Shown here: positions 63,101 through 64,000 of the stretch, piece after piece
Layout: every line of letters starts with the position of its first letter
Position numbering within the stretch: position 1 is the first letter of the stretch
DNA from: Podospora anserina
Lineage: Eukaryota
Assembly (NCBI GenBank): GCA_017654855.1
Contig: CM030333.1
Coordinates: forward strand, 1,922,001 to 1,986,000
Length of the DNA stretch: 64,000 nucleotides
Direction of reading: 5' to 3'
Notes under the pieces: generated by a model
Seen by the model: only the letters and a program-made list of their open reading frames with translations
Database searches by the model: none
What the model was told of the DNA's origin: nothing
Position numbers and translations under genes: made by a program

Positions 63101-63990
63101 TGAGGCAGACTTCCGATCCCACCGAGCTTCCCTATGCTGGACGCATACATCTCGTAGAAAGAGTAGATTTCGGGCTGGACCTTGACCTCATTCTTCAGTA
63201 CTTGGTTGAAGTCCTGAACAATTCCATGAAGCATTTGGTTGTTGTGCGTCATGACCTCGAGTGTCTCCAAGTGGGTCTTCACTTGAGCGGCTACGATTGC
63301 TCGATAGATATCGCCCTCCGTGCTGAGTGCGGAGTTGCCGTCCACTCCAGCATGTGGGGTACCAAGAAAGATAAGCCCAGTGATGGCGTCGATGAGTCCA
63401 GGAAAGTTGGATCTGTGGGAGTGGGCGATGTGGAAAGCCTGTATGGAATACATGTCAAGAGCTTGTCATTGATGGGTATGGTAGAGAAACACTTACACGC
63501 TGAAGTATCAAGCCGCCAAAACAATGAGCGACGAATATGATAGGTCGTTCGGTGCATTTCTAGACATGACAGAGTTAGAGCGCAGCTTGGATAGAAACTG
63601 GGGCATAGCCTACCTCTCTCAACTTCCCCATCAAAGCGTTCAGTAGCTGGTCAGCCGCCGTATTGACTGTTTGCCTGACAGCGTTTTGGCCATGCCAGGC
63701 AGACTGGTATCCAAAGTACAATATCCTTGCTCTAGGCAAATCGGCAGGCAGCATGGACTTGTCATCAAGCCAGTTGACCTTTGTTGCTTTGTGTGTCCAA
63801 GTCTTGTAGGGGTCGGCACCAATGCCGTGGATAAAGACAAGACTAGGTAGAGTGCCAAGTTAGACCGCTGCAAAGAAACATCAACTTGTACCCAAAAGAA
63901 ATGGCAAGGTTCTCACTCAATGTCGGTTTCTTCCTCGGCAGGTTCAACCAGCTTCCTCAAGCCCAAATACTTTCGCTCGACTGTAATCAT
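60161..63990 (-). CDS. Fungal NLR-like protein: SesB-like alpha/beta hydrolase, NB-ARC and TPR domains (multi-exon; may start upstream of the window)
   Basis: LVFIHGIG...VNWL...LPRARILYFGY, IIFVAHCFGGL and LIFLGTPHAG; Walker A GGLGTG/KT spans an intron; Walker B WLMVVDGLDD; kinesin-light-chain-type TPRs (LGDTHPETL). Confidence 0.85.
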
Positions 63991-64000
63991 TGCCGGTAGC

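Overview
Intron-containing filamentous ascomycete DNA. It looks Sordariomycete and Podospora-like, which is an inference from gene content and splice signals, not a database match. Recognisable genes: mitochondrial NADH kinase (POS5), intron-containing tRNA-Ser(GCT), GST/metaxin-like protein, paraoxonase-like protein, lipoxygenase, Alb1-like protein, a HET-domain protein, GH72 glucanosyltransferase, ABCF ATPase (ARB1), INO80, lipid-droplet hydrolase, Git3-like GPCR, Gfo/Idh/MocA oxidoreductase, a mucin-like wall protein, MnSOD, a T5orf172/MUG113 protein and a SesB-NB-ARC-TPR NLR. Two regions are not explained by the ORF track. (1) At about 20.2-23.5 kb, an apparently ORF-less minus-strand host transcript has about 13 introns, 11 of which each hold one box C/D snoRNA-like unit at a near-constant distance from the branch point. 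Most guides match no rRNA methylation site I recognise, and one is antisense to the U6 ACAGAGA box. (2) At 44.3-49.8 kb, four paralogous three-exon Cys-rich genes lie in tandem, each with a reading-frame lesion; one has only a single in-frame TAG. Splice models were read by eye, and rRNA/snRNA comparisons are from memory and need computational confirmation.
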